64,000 bases of DNA from Octopus vulgaris (GCA_951406725.2 OX597827.1:46810001-46874000), one strand, 5' to 3'. Numbered from the stretch's first letter, positions 1 through 11,792 are shown. The notes: generated from the letters alone by a model not told the origin. Translations and numbers: made by a program.

Positions 1-180
1 CTCGCCATCACTTGACAACCGACGCTGGTGTGTTTACGTCCCCATAACTTAACGGTTCGGCAAAAGAGTCTGATAGAATAAGTACTAGGCTTACAAAGAG
101 TAAGTCCTGGGGTCGATTTGTTCGACTAAAGTCGGTGCTCCAGCATGACCGCAGTCAAATTACCGAAACAAGTAAAAGAG
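1..180 (+). mobile_element. SINE family A (tRNA-head, internal microsatellite), 3' half
   Basis: Matches the 3' half of the copies at 20973-21340 and 37383-37801 (ctggtgtgtttacgtcccc...ggtcgatttg...gaaacaagtaaaagag), followed by (TA)n. Confidence 0.85.
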
Positions 181-211
<31 letters not shown>

Positions 212-228
212 TTATATACATATATATA

Positions 229-282
<54 letters not shown>

Positions 283-316
283 AGTAATAAGAGTATATAT
301 ATATATATATGTATAT

Positions 317-360
<44 letters not shown>

Positions 361-378
361 ATGGATACATAGATACAT

Positions 379-422
<44 letters not shown>

Positions 423-1414
423 TCACACATACATATATATATACTCATTTTCTCACAACACAAATATAAATTCAAAGAATAAGTTTTATATGTATTCAAA
501 CAACAAGTTTTAAAATAAAGAAGCGACAATAACCTCATACAAAGCCAATCAGTGTACCAGTGATTTTAATTTCGCATTGGAACTCTTTTTAAGTCTTGTA
601 TTAAATAATTAGTAACATTGTTCTAATATTTGTATAGTGGAAAGTTGAAACACCCCAAACACATGGTTTTTTTTTTTTTATATTCTCATCCGTCTTCATG
701 TAATAATGCGTTATGTGTCCGGTCAACATATCTAAACTTATTTAATTTGTACACAAGCTTTGCAGCACATCAATAAATATTATCAGTATTCTTTTGAACT
801 CAAAACTTTTCGATAGGTTTATTGATTTTAAATTTGGTATCGGTTCTGCACTGTGTAATGAATTAATAACGATAATCGTAATCACACAGAAGTTCGAGGA
901 AACGCTGGTCTGACCTCTGTCACCCCACCGTTAACATTCATACATACATACATACATACATACATACATACATACATACATACATACATACATACATACA
1001 TACATACACACACACATACATGCATGCATATTTATGTATATAAATATATATACATAGACCTTTGTTCTACAACCCACACATCTACATATATATAGGTATA
1101 TAATAATTAATAAACATGTACATGTATACATATGTATGTATATGAATGAATGCATATACGTATATACATTTATACATATATGCATACACACACACACATA
1201 TATATATATGTATATACGTGTATAAATATATATATATATATATATGTAAGTATATTTATGTGTATGAATATATGTATGTATGTATGTATGTATATGTATA
1301 TATATACACACACAAACATACATATATATATGCATATACACATATATGCTTATATATATTCATATATATATATATAAATAAAAGCATATATTTATAAAAA
1401 CTTATCTATATATA

Positions 1415-1486
<72 letters not shown>

Positions 1487-1599
1487 CACAGGCACCCCAC
1501 CATACACACATATGAACGTTATATCAATTGATTCTCCGGCTATTTCTATTACAAGCGTTTCACTTGTTCGATGCAGTGAACTACTGAGTCGTATAATTA

Positions 1600-1830
1600 T
1601 ACTATAAATGGCCGAGTATTCCTCAGGCACGTCTAGATTTAACGTAATAGTAAAATGACTTTTCCGCAATGAATTCCAAGTGGACTTGCACTCTACATCT
1701 GTTTATCCAATCGGAATTTCACTCTCAAATTTGTGACAACCCGAGGTAACGATAAACGATACGTATCCAGCTCTGGATTGAACCTTCGATCACATTATTG
1801 CGCACCGAACATTTTAACTACTCAGCTATA
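1600..1830 (-). mobile_element. Degenerate tRNA-headed SINE-like remnant
   Basis: Reverse strand reads tagctgagtagttaaa (A-box-like) and ggttcaatcc (B-box-like) at tRNA spacing. Boundaries are uncertain. Confidence 0.4.
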
Positions 1831-1899
1831 CTTTTGATTTAGTCCATTGTGTGTTTGTGTGTGTACATATATTTGTATATATGTCTCGTCATTTGTCTT

Positions 1900-2350
<451 letters not shown>

Positions 2351-2514
2351 TATATGTACACATATGTATATATATTTGTGTTTATGCGTGTATGTGTTTA
2401 TATTATATATACACATATATACACACTTATATATATAAATACATACACGCATGCATACATCCATTTACATATATATATAAATATATATATGTTTATATAT
2501 GTGCGTCCTTTTAC

Positions 2515-2555
<41 letters not shown>

Positions 2556-2560
2556 AATCA

Positions 2561-2615
<55 letters not shown>

Positions 2616-2644
2616 CATCCATCCATCCATCCATCCATCCATCC

Positions 2645-2717
<73 letters not shown>

Positions 2718-3289
2718 GCCATCTATACACTTACGCACATATACCCGTATATATACACACACATATACCCGTAATACACAAAATGCTTAAGTATTAACTA
2801 AGAGTGCTACAATATTGATTTCTTACGTTTCATCGATTTCAGTCATTAGCATAAAAGTGATTTATTACATCAGAGGCAGAGATGGAACGTATGTTTCGAT
2901 TAGGTTAGATTCGATTCGGTAATCAATTACTGTATTTGTTCCAAGTATTTAGTCTTCGATTCCCGCAGCGGATGAAAGAAAAACCAGACCACGACGGGAT
3001 TTCAATTCAAAATATAAATAAATCTAATTTAACACCGCCAACAGAATAATTTTTCGACACTCATCCGATTTTTGCTTCCAATTTACTTATATTTGCTTAA
3101 CCACCCCATCTCCCCACAAATAGCAGTTAAATTAACCGGCCCATGACTGGTACATATTTTCATATTATAGTATTGTCCTTTCGTGTTACGGTATGGACGG
3201 CAGTTCTTGGGAAACGGTCATTTATATATACTTTGGCTGTATTTCCTGTCTTTTAAGTGAAGAAAACCATTGAATTTAATTTTTTTTCA

Positions 3290-3500
3290 TACTTGTTTCT
3301 GTCATTGGATTGGGAGTCATCTTGGGACACCACCTTCGAGAGGTTAGTCGAGAAAAGTAACCCTAGAACTTAACTTTTTTGAAAGGCTGGTGCTTATTCT
3401 ATCATTTACTTTTGCCGAACCGCTAGGTAATGGAGGTGTAAAGAAACCAGTACCAGTTGTGAAGTGGTCGTCGGGGATAAGATACAACATCACCCCCCAC
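3290..3500 (-). mobile_element. SINE family A, degenerate 3' half
   Basis: cttattctatc...ttttgccgaaccgctag matches the reverse complement of the family A 3' half. Confidence 0.6.
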
Positions 3501-3539
3501 ACATATATATAAAGCAAATAAATAAATAACATGTTTGTC

Positions 3540-3799
3540 CAGGTAGCATTGCATTATGGTAGTTTCAAGTGGCTCCATTTAATCGACCAATGCAAACATT
3601 ACATCAATTTGAAGCAAACCGCTCTCCTCGGGTGAAATGACCATATAGATTTCTAACATACAGGATACTCCTTAAAATACATTACTTCGTTATGCTGTTA
3701 TTGTAGCAGAATGAATTTAAGGAAAAATCCCTAAAACCTACTATAATTTTGATCGATTAAATGGAGCCGCTTGAAACGGCCGTAATGCAATGATACCTG
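3540..3799. mobile_element. MITE-like element with 51-bp terminal inverted repeats
   Basis: 3540-3590 caggtagcattgcattatggtagtttcaagtggctccatttaatcgaccaa pairs with the reverse complement of 3749-3799 (about 6 mismatches). No TSD seen. Confidence 0.75.
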
Positions 3800-4282
3800 A
3801 ATATTCTAGCCCAGGTTATCCCTAACGGAGCGATGCGGTCAAGGGTGGAAAGAAGCCTTGACCATATCGCTATTTTATGGCCATAACAAATTCCTTATTC
3901 AAAATGCCCCTTCTTCATCAAACAGGGTGGAAGGCGCACTGAAACAGCTTTCTCCTCTTAGAGCCCTTAAGTGATGGCGGGGCTAAGGAGGAGAATGTTT
4001 TTTACTGCCAAAACTTAGGGAACTGGTTTTACAGTGGCCACTCAAGGTTAAACATTTTTGTTCGTATTTTCACCTTTATAAAAATCAATATTTATCAGAA
4101 TTCATGGTCGATAGTATGTTTCAGCCATATCCTTTGTCCTAACCTTTGTCCATATCCTTTGTCCTAACCCAAACTTAGCCTCAATTTTGTGAAGCATTTT
4201 AAGAAGGAGTGTGGCGATTATTTTCTAAACAAATTAAAAAAAAAACTGTTATAAAGTGGATTTTAAAATCCTTATTCTAGAG

Positions 4283-4774
4283 CAGGGGTCACCGAACTAC
4301 TGCCCGCGGACCGGATCCGGCCTGCACGGTCAGTTAATTCGGTCCGCCACTGCACTGTACCTTTTGTGTAAGCACCTGCAATGAGAGTTTATTTGCCTCT
4401 AGTATGGCATCAGTATTTGGAACAACTTATGTCTGTGAGCAAACATTTTCAAAAATGAAGGATGTGAAGCCAGCACATCGAAACAGGTTGACTGAAAGCA
4501 AATCCTTGGTTATATGCAGCAATTCCAAAGCAAATATTGATGAAATCTTAAAAGCTAAACACCAGTTTCACAAATCTCACTAACCATTTTTAATGCTTAG
4601 TTTGTGAGATTCGGATATGTGCGCAGTGGGTGTGATATAACATATTTCTAACATCGCCTTCTTTAATAACTTTTTGGTAAATAAATATGTTGGTTGTCTT
4701 TATTTTTTTGTTTATTCCCTGCATTGTATTGAACAAAATGGTTATAAGGCCGTGAAAAAGTTTGGTGACCCTTC
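4283..4774 (+). mobile_element. Internally deleted hAT (Charlie/SPIN-like) DNA transposon
   Basis: TIRs caggggtcaccgaact / agtttggtgacccttc. 8-bp TSD ttctagag / ttcgagag. Frame 4389-4583 encodes ...MASVFGTTYVCEQTFSKMK...RNRLTE...HQFHKSH*, the hAT C-terminal dimerization region. Confidence 0.88.
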
Positions 4775-4909
4775 TTCGAGAGGCAGTGGATTAAGATAGT
4801 GAAGTGATTCCAGAAGATTTTGTGATTTAATGAAGATTTATTTGCTATTTCTAACAGTATTAGCAAAGAATAGAATAGTCGAATAAATCAGCTCTTGTAA
4901 TATCCATTT

Positions 4910-5112
4910 CAGATTTTGGCACAAGGCCAGCAATTTAGGGGGAGGGGTAAGTCAATTACATCGACTCCAGTACTCAACTGGAACTTATTTCGTCGAACTC
5001 GTAGAATGAAAGGCAACGTCGACCGCGGTGGAATTTGAGCTCAGAACGCGAAGACGGACGAGATGTCGGTAAGTATTTTGCCCAGCGTACTAACGATTCT
5101 GCCAGCTCGCCA
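4910..5112 (-). mobile_element. SINE family B (tRNA-derived)
   Basis: Reverse complement of ggcgagctggcagaa...gttctgagttcaaattcc...gcctttcat. Imperfect flanking direct repeat atcagctcttgtaatat / atcagacccttgtaatat (TSD-like). Confidence 0.8.
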
Positions 5113-6669
5113 CATCAGACCCTTGTAATATTACTAGTACTTATAAATTTCATCAAGCAATAGCGGAATTAACTGCAGAGTTAATCCAGCCACAAAAAGA
5201 ATGGATTTAAATGGATCATAAACCGTCATAAGTAAACACGTGATATTTATTTTGCCGTGATTTCTTACTCAGATTCATCATTATAATATTTTGATGTGGG
5301 CGTCTAATTGAATAATGCTATAACTACATCATAATTACATCTTGTAAATTTTAACTACGATGCATCTTTGTAAATATATTTCTTGGTATTTTGCTCTAAG
5401 CTAACGAAGTATACACCTGCTTCAAACAAATCTGTTTTACTATTTCCCCTAATTATCTTTGTGCGTATGGTCTCCAACCTAAGCTCTCATACGTGTCTAG
5501 ATTTGAAAGAACATTGGGTTATCACAAAAATTTCATGCGTAAATTGCTTTTTAACCCATTCAGTTGTAGAGATAATCGATAAAAGCTAGATAAGATCTCT
5601 ATAAAAATATTCAGATCTTTACTCTGTTTCTTGTGTAAAATAAATTTTATAGTCACAATACGTTGTTTCAGCTTATATATCAAGTCCATTCAGTCAAAAA
5701 CCTATGCATGAAGAAAAAAAAAAAGAGCTTCTATGCAGTCACTTAGCCTGCCAGAAATAACAGTCAAATCTCATTCTAGTAACGGTTGGGCGTTTTAAAT
5801 AAATGATAGGACACATTAGATAATGGGATCCGAGACACATTGTGTTTTGTAGAATGAAAATCTAACCATGCATCTATGATCATGGGTCGAATTACTTCAA
5901 ATGAGCCCTAATCCTAACCCTAACTTACAATCTTTAAAAAAAAGGAAGACACTAGAAAATGTAAACCTGCTTAAGAAAAATCGACGGGATGATCACAACT
6001 AGAACGTCTTTGATCTGGAGATAAGAATTATACAATAGCAACATTTCAGGCTAGATAAACCATGTGATAACTTGTGAAGGCGCTTCGACTAGTGATTTGG
6101 GTGTTCGGCTTATAATCAAAAGGTTATGGGTTCAATTCCTGGACGAGTCGTGTATGCTGTCCACGGAAAAGCAGTTCATTTTACGTTTTGTCAGTCTATT
6201 CACTATCGTGAACCCCAGCCGGGTGCTGATGCAGCCTTTTATTTCGTTAACTATCATGTACACCTTTAATGGGCAAATGGCTGTCATATTCCTTGGTAGC
6301 CATTGCATTCAGACGTTATGCTTTGAGAAACAGACCAAATTTGGTTGCTGCATTTTGAAGGGATGTTAATAAGACTTGAACATCACACATGATGAGCTGT
6401 AGAAGCAAGATCATCGGCATGGTCATGGTTAGAAAGATATACACCCTGTTCATATCTTGATTATATCTATTTGATGGTGAGGTCTTTGTCTTAGAGGGGT
6501 TGATGATTTTGCATAAAGACGTAATCCACTACAACTACAAGGAGAAAAGGAGCTAGAATGTAAACTTGAAGGTTTCCTGCTGTTGATTGAAACACTGGTT
6601 GAACAGTCTGTGCTTTACATGAAGCTTGTAGGCTTTTTCTATACATATAAATGTAACTAAATGTGGATC

Positions 6670-6861
6670 GTTGGCGATTTTTTTCCGCCGTCTTCCTTTT
6701 CTCTTGGACTTTCCCTTGTCTCATGTTTCTGAAGAAGAGCTTTCCTCGAAACGTAAAACTACCTTTCTTTCCTTCCATGAGCGTCTGCTAATACTTTACA
6801 TGTACCACGCCTACGCTTTGTTGCTTTTTCTTGTGGTGTTTTTCTTCGTTTTTGTGTTTTG

Positions 6862-6862
<1 letters not shown>
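6670..6862 (+). mobile_element. Penelope-type pseudo-LTR fragment carrying a hammerhead motif
   Basis: Homologous to the reverse complement of 29390-29590, contains the HHR at 6725-6759, and ends in (TA)n. Confidence 0.6.
6725..6759 (+). ncRNA. Minimal type I hammerhead ribozyme motif
   Basis: GTTT-CTGAAGA-A-GAG ctttc CTC-GAAA-CG-TA-AAAC: stems I and II pair, core boxes intact, stem III reduced to a palindrome. Confidence 0.75.
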
Positions 6863-6956
<94 letters not shown>

Positions 6957-7111
6957 ACTTATTATATATTGACCATTCATTTTTATACTTTTTGAGGTCT
7001 ATGACTGTTTGCATTGCATAATAGTGGTTTTATCTCTAATTCATATTTTATATTTATATATGCCTTAGGTGTTGGAGGTCATTGGCTTCTTTGACTTGTG
7101 CGTCACTATAT

Positions 7112-7171
<60 letters not shown>

Positions 7172-7476
7172 GTATGTATGTATATAGTGACGCACACGTC
7201 AAAGAAGACAATGACCTCCAACACATACGGCACTACATCACTGATTGTTAGGAAGATTTGCTTATACTAAGAAAAATGGAATGGAGTGTCTGTAGCAAGT
7301 TTCAAAAGGTCAGAGCAGTATGTGTAGAGTGCGTTTATTCTTATCTATGGAGCTTAAACCTGGGCGATGAAGGGATTTCAAAATCGCCTTGGGTTTGTAT
7401 GATTGTGTATAGAAGAAAATATTACTCAAATAAATTCCAACTTTGATCTTCACGTTATATATATATATATATATAC

Positions 7477-7512
<36 letters not shown>

Positions 7513-7732
7513 TCTGATTGAACTAGTATTCATAAAGTATGCAATCTTCAGGTTCATATAGTAGTGGTATATAGACAGTTGTAAATTGTAAAACGTGAAC
7601 CTGAAGATTGCATACTCTAATGGATAAAAGTAGGAGTTAAATCAGAATGGACATTTTGTATTCTATCATTTCATTATATTATATTATATTTATATTATAT
7701 TATTACAAGATTGTAAATAAAACGTGAAAATC
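7513..7732. mobile_element. Inverted pair of Penelope pseudo-LTR fragments
   Basis: 7595-7732 (+) and 7513-7567 (-) both match the 3' end of the Penelope-like element at 26905-27065 (tgaacc(t/c)gaagattgca...aagattgtaaataaaacgtgaaaatca). Confidence 0.75.
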
Positions 7733-7737
7733 ATACA

Positions 7738-7798
<61 letters not shown>

Positions 7799-7927
7799 GA
7801 AAGAGAGCTGGTCAAAGAAATGAATAATTATCTTAAGAATTTCATTAGCTTACACAGCTGTTTCTGCTATAAGATGCGATGCCTAAACGAGATATTAACA
7901 CACACAAACACAACATATCACAACACA

Positions 7928-7972
<45 letters not shown>

Positions 7973-8420
7973 TGGGTAAATATTTATTTCGTATATTTTT
8001 CACTTGTTTATTGCTTTGGTTTTGTGTTGAGTTTGATCTGAGAACAGAGACTTTTTGTGGAGAATGGCGATGTGACGTCTATATCTAGCATGTTGACTGT
8101 CCACTTTTCGTGTTCAGTCCTTAATTAGTATATATAAATATTTTAATCTTCGGATTCTTTCTTTAATATGCTAGACCACTGGTTCTAATTGATAAATATC
8201 AATTTTTACCCTAAACTTAATTTTATATAAATATTTGTTCTCTAACCGATAAATTAACTGCTGCTAACTATTAGCTGCAGGCTAGTTTTCTCGGGTCTCA
8301 TCGCGCCAAAAGTAGAGACATTTGAAATATATATTTCAAATGTAATAGGCAGTACTCCATGCACGCGATATTTCGGTATCGTGTTGGCATGTAGTATATC
8401 AAATTGCATTTTATATGGGA

Positions 8421-8486
8421 CCATGCTGATGATGGTTGCACTTTTCCTTGCGGAAAATAACAACCGAAACTAAATTTAGTACATGG
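8421..8486 (+). ncRNA. Type I hammerhead ribozyme
   Basis: CCATG-CTGATGA-T-GGTTG cac TTTTCC ttgc GGAAAA taa CAACC-GAAA-CTAAATTTAG-TA-CATGG: three stems pair, core intact, GUA cleavage triplet (cut after 8481). Confidence 0.9.
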
Positions 8487-8931
8487 GTAAATATTTATTT
8501 CGTATATTTTTCACTTGTTTATTGCTTTGGTTTTGTGTTGAGTTTGATCTGAGAACATAGACTTTTTGAGGAGAATGGCGATTTGACGTCTATATCTAGC
8601 ATGTTGACTGTCCACTTTTCGTGTTCAGTCCTTAATTGGTATATATAAATATTTTAATCTTCGGATTCTTTCTTTAATATGCTAGACCACTGGTTCTAAT
8701 TGATAAATATCAATTTTTACCCTAAATTTAATTTTATATAAATATTTGTGCTCTAACCGATAAATTAACTGCTGCTAACTATTAGCTGCAGGCTAGTTTT
8801 CTCGGGTCTCATCGCGCCAAAAGTAGAGACATTTGAAATATATATTTCAAATGTAATAGGCCGTACTCCATGCACGCGATATTTCGGTATCGTATTGGCA
8901 TTTAGTATAGCAAATTGCATTTTATATGGGA

Positions 8932-8997
8932 CCATGCTGATGATGGTTGCACTTTTCCTTGCGGAAAATAACAACCGAAACTAAATTTAGTACATGG
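8932..8997 (+). ncRNA. Type I hammerhead ribozyme (second copy)
   Basis: Identical to 8421-8486; predicted cut after 8992. Confidence 0.9.
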
Positions 8998-9150
8998 GTA
9001 AATATTTATTTCGTATATTTTTCACTTGTTTATTGCTTTGGTTTTGTGTTGAGTTTGATCTGAGAACATAGACTTTTTGTGGAGAATGGCGATTTGACGT
9101 CTATATCTAGCATGTTGACTGTCCACTTTTCGTGTTCAGTCCTTAATTGG

Positions 9151-9180
<30 letters not shown>

Positions 9181-9181
<1 letters not shown>

Positions 9182-9370
9182 GGAGAGTTTACGAAAAAAA
9201 CAAAAGACGAAGACAGGTGGTGTACAAAACAAACAGATGTATTAGCATAACGCCCAGGAACAGAAAAAAGTATTTTACGTTTCGAGCCTACGCTCTTCTA
9301 CTGAAAGGGACACAGAAAAAACAAGGAGAGAAAAAATGTGTGTAGTGGCTAACGATCTATCATAGCGACA
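9181..9370 (-). mobile_element. Penelope-type pseudo-LTR fragment with variant hammerhead-like motif
   Basis: Homologous to 23520-23730 and 31380-31545; contains gaagagcgtaggctcgaaacgtaaaa on the minus strand. Confidence 0.55.
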
Positions 9371-9384
9371 TTTACATATATATA

Positions 9385-9740
9385 TGAAACTTAAAAACTT
9401 AGATATGTTTCGACCAAAGATTGGTCCAGGTCCTGTCTAACTTAATAGCGCCACCTGATAGGATTATCTAAATCCTTTTAAAGTCAAGTTTTGTGGTATC
9501 GTGTTCCATTCAAGTACTGAGTTCTTGTTGAGTGAGTTGTATCCAGGTATGGGTGGCTTATCCGGTATTCCTTGAAGAAATTTCCCCAGACACCGTTTAA
9601 AGGTTATGTGATCCTTTTCCTCTTCGATCTGTTTAGGGATAATGTTAAACAGAGCAGGGCCTGTTGAGGAAAAGAAACTATATCGCAGTGTATCTATATG
9701 TTGTGATCCTGAATTGGGCAGGGGACGCATGGCCCGCGGT
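9385..9740 (-). mobile_element. 3' end of a CR1/L2-group LINE
   Basis: ORF 9464-9730 (FSSTGPALFNIIP...FKRCLGKFLQGIPDKPPIPGY...NSVLEW) resembles CR1-group ORF2 C-termini. Short 3' UTR with a stem-loop and a ttaagttt repeat tail. Confidence 0.7.
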
Positions 9741-10108
9741 CATATGTATATATATATAATAGGTTTCTCATCACATGAACACAAGACCGACGAACAGATG
9801 TATGAACACAATCCACCCACGTGTACTATTGTTGTGCAATGCTGGATCGACATTGGTGGCAACTGCTATCATACTGGACAACAGACCATATTAGTTATAA
9901 CATTTTCGTGACCTCTGCACTCTGTTAAAAGACAAAGACTACTCTACGACATTGCTGCTACTACCAGAGATACACAAGAAAGAGAATTTATTCCAATGGT
10001 AATGGGAGACATTCTAGTTGCAGTCGCTTGAAGAAGAATACCTTTAACCAGCATGGTAAATCAGAGAGTAAATGCCTCGTAAAAGTATATTATAAGATGT
10101 TCAACTAA

Positions 10109-10314
10109 GCTTGACAGAAACGTTAGCACTCCGGGCGAAATGGTTTGCAGTATATCCTGTCATTACGTTCTGAGATCAAATAGCGCCGAGGACGACTTTG
10201 CCTTTCATAATTTCGGGGTCGATAAATTAAGTACCAGTAGTGTACTGGGGTCAATCTAATCGACTGGCCTCCTCCCCCAAAATTTCAGGCCTTGTTCCTA
10301 GAGTAAAAATAATT
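10109..10314 (+). mobile_element. SINE family B
   Basis: cagaaacgttagc...gttctgagatcaaat...ggggtcgataaattaagtaccag. Confidence 0.8.
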
Positions 10315-10396
10315 AAGCTTCTCCTTTCGATGAAAATATGTATACTAAGCTGGGTAGTGTGTCACACTGCTATCAACAGAAGAATCGTATAATAGT

Positions 10397-10580
10397 TTCC
10401 AATTTTGGAATAAAGCCAGCAACTTCGGGGGAGGGGCAAAAATCGATTACATCGATCCAAGTGCTCAACTGGTACTTGTTTTATCGACCTTGGCGGAATT
10501 TGATGTCAGAACATAAAGATGGACGAAATATCACAAGGCATTTTGCCCGGTGCGGTAATGATTCTGCTACCTCGCCGCCT
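10397..10580 (-). mobile_element. SINE family B (internally deleted)
   Basis: Reverse complement of family B head and tail motifs. Confidence 0.75.
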
Positions 10581-11210
10581 TGCGGAGAATCGTATAAGAA
10601 ATGTTTGAAATGTTTTCGTTAGCACGCAGTCATGAAGTTCGCATTGGTTCATGAATCTATAACAGCCCCTAAAAGGCTTCAAAAGCTAATGCCCCTAGAA
10701 ATACTGTCAAAGCGTTTAGGGACTGAGAAAAAATATGAATATCTTACGTATTTCACATTGGAGTTGCAGCGAAATGTTTCATATTGAAGCCTATTGAGTT
10801 AGAAAAGGCAGCGAAATAAAAAAAAATAAAAAACGGAAAGGGAAATAAAGACCAAATGATTACATCTGGAACACTGACAGCCATAGGTGTTCTCGATCAG
10901 AGATTAACAAAACAGCAACACCACCACCATCACCACCACTACCACCAACAGCTGCTGCAGTAGCAGGAGAAACCCTCCCCAACTAACAGAAACAACAGCG
11001 ACTAAGCCATCAATTCCCATTTACGTACCTTATATCGAGGGTCAGCTACGAATATCGAGGGTCAGCTACGATTTTAAACGCGTACGAACCGCCGACAGAT
11101 AAGACAATCACCCCCAAGCTGTATCAAGCCAACGAGCAAAAAGCAAGAACAAAAACGATAACAGCAACCCTCAATTAATGACGATAATAATAATAATAAT
11201 AATAATAATG

Positions 11211-11244
<34 letters not shown>

Positions 11245-11749
11245 TGAAGATTATGATGATAATAATAATAATAATGATAATAAGATAGGCAAAAATAGGG
11301 GTTTAATATGAAACTGATTACCAATAATTGTCTGCCAAGATGCATTAACTTTAGTTGTCGCTTAAATTCTGTCCAATGCATTCAATAACAGACAGGAAAA
11401 GAAAAGCAAAGAATATTATCTATCATAGTCTGAGAAAGAGTTGATTGCAAAAAAAACTCTTGTGACAAACGCTCGGATAAACGTCGTTCTTCTATACATA
11501 ATTTTTTCGAAGTTTTCTTCTTTATTCTCTGTTGTCTAATATATATATATATTTATATATATATATATTCATACATACACACGCAGACACACACACACAC
11601 ATATATATATATACATAGATACACACATACGTACATATAAATATTTATAATTATATCCGTGGCCTATGATGACACACACATACGCACACACGCACATATA
11701 TTATTGACGTATATATATATGTGTATATATATATATAAATATATATATT

Positions 11750-11792
<43 letters not shown>

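Larger units (their letters stand above)
7971..9158 (+). repeat. 511-bp tandem repeat x2.3 with hammerhead ribozymes (candidate retrozyme)
   Basis: Units start at 7971, 8482 and 8993. About 10 substitutions separate units 1 and 2. Flanked by (TA)n on both sides. Confidence 0.93.

Noticed and set aside
7840-7870. gaaacagctgt (minus strand) resembling a hammerhead half
   Set aside because: No CUGANGA box upstream.
8254-8974. Two near-identical 69-aa ORFs (MLFSARKS...)
   Set aside because: By-product of the tandem repeat: TTG start, antisense to the ribozyme, no recognisable domain.
9820-10045. Possible Merlin/IS1595-like transposase remnant
   Set aside because: Only faint motif resemblance across frameshifts; unsupported without a profile search.
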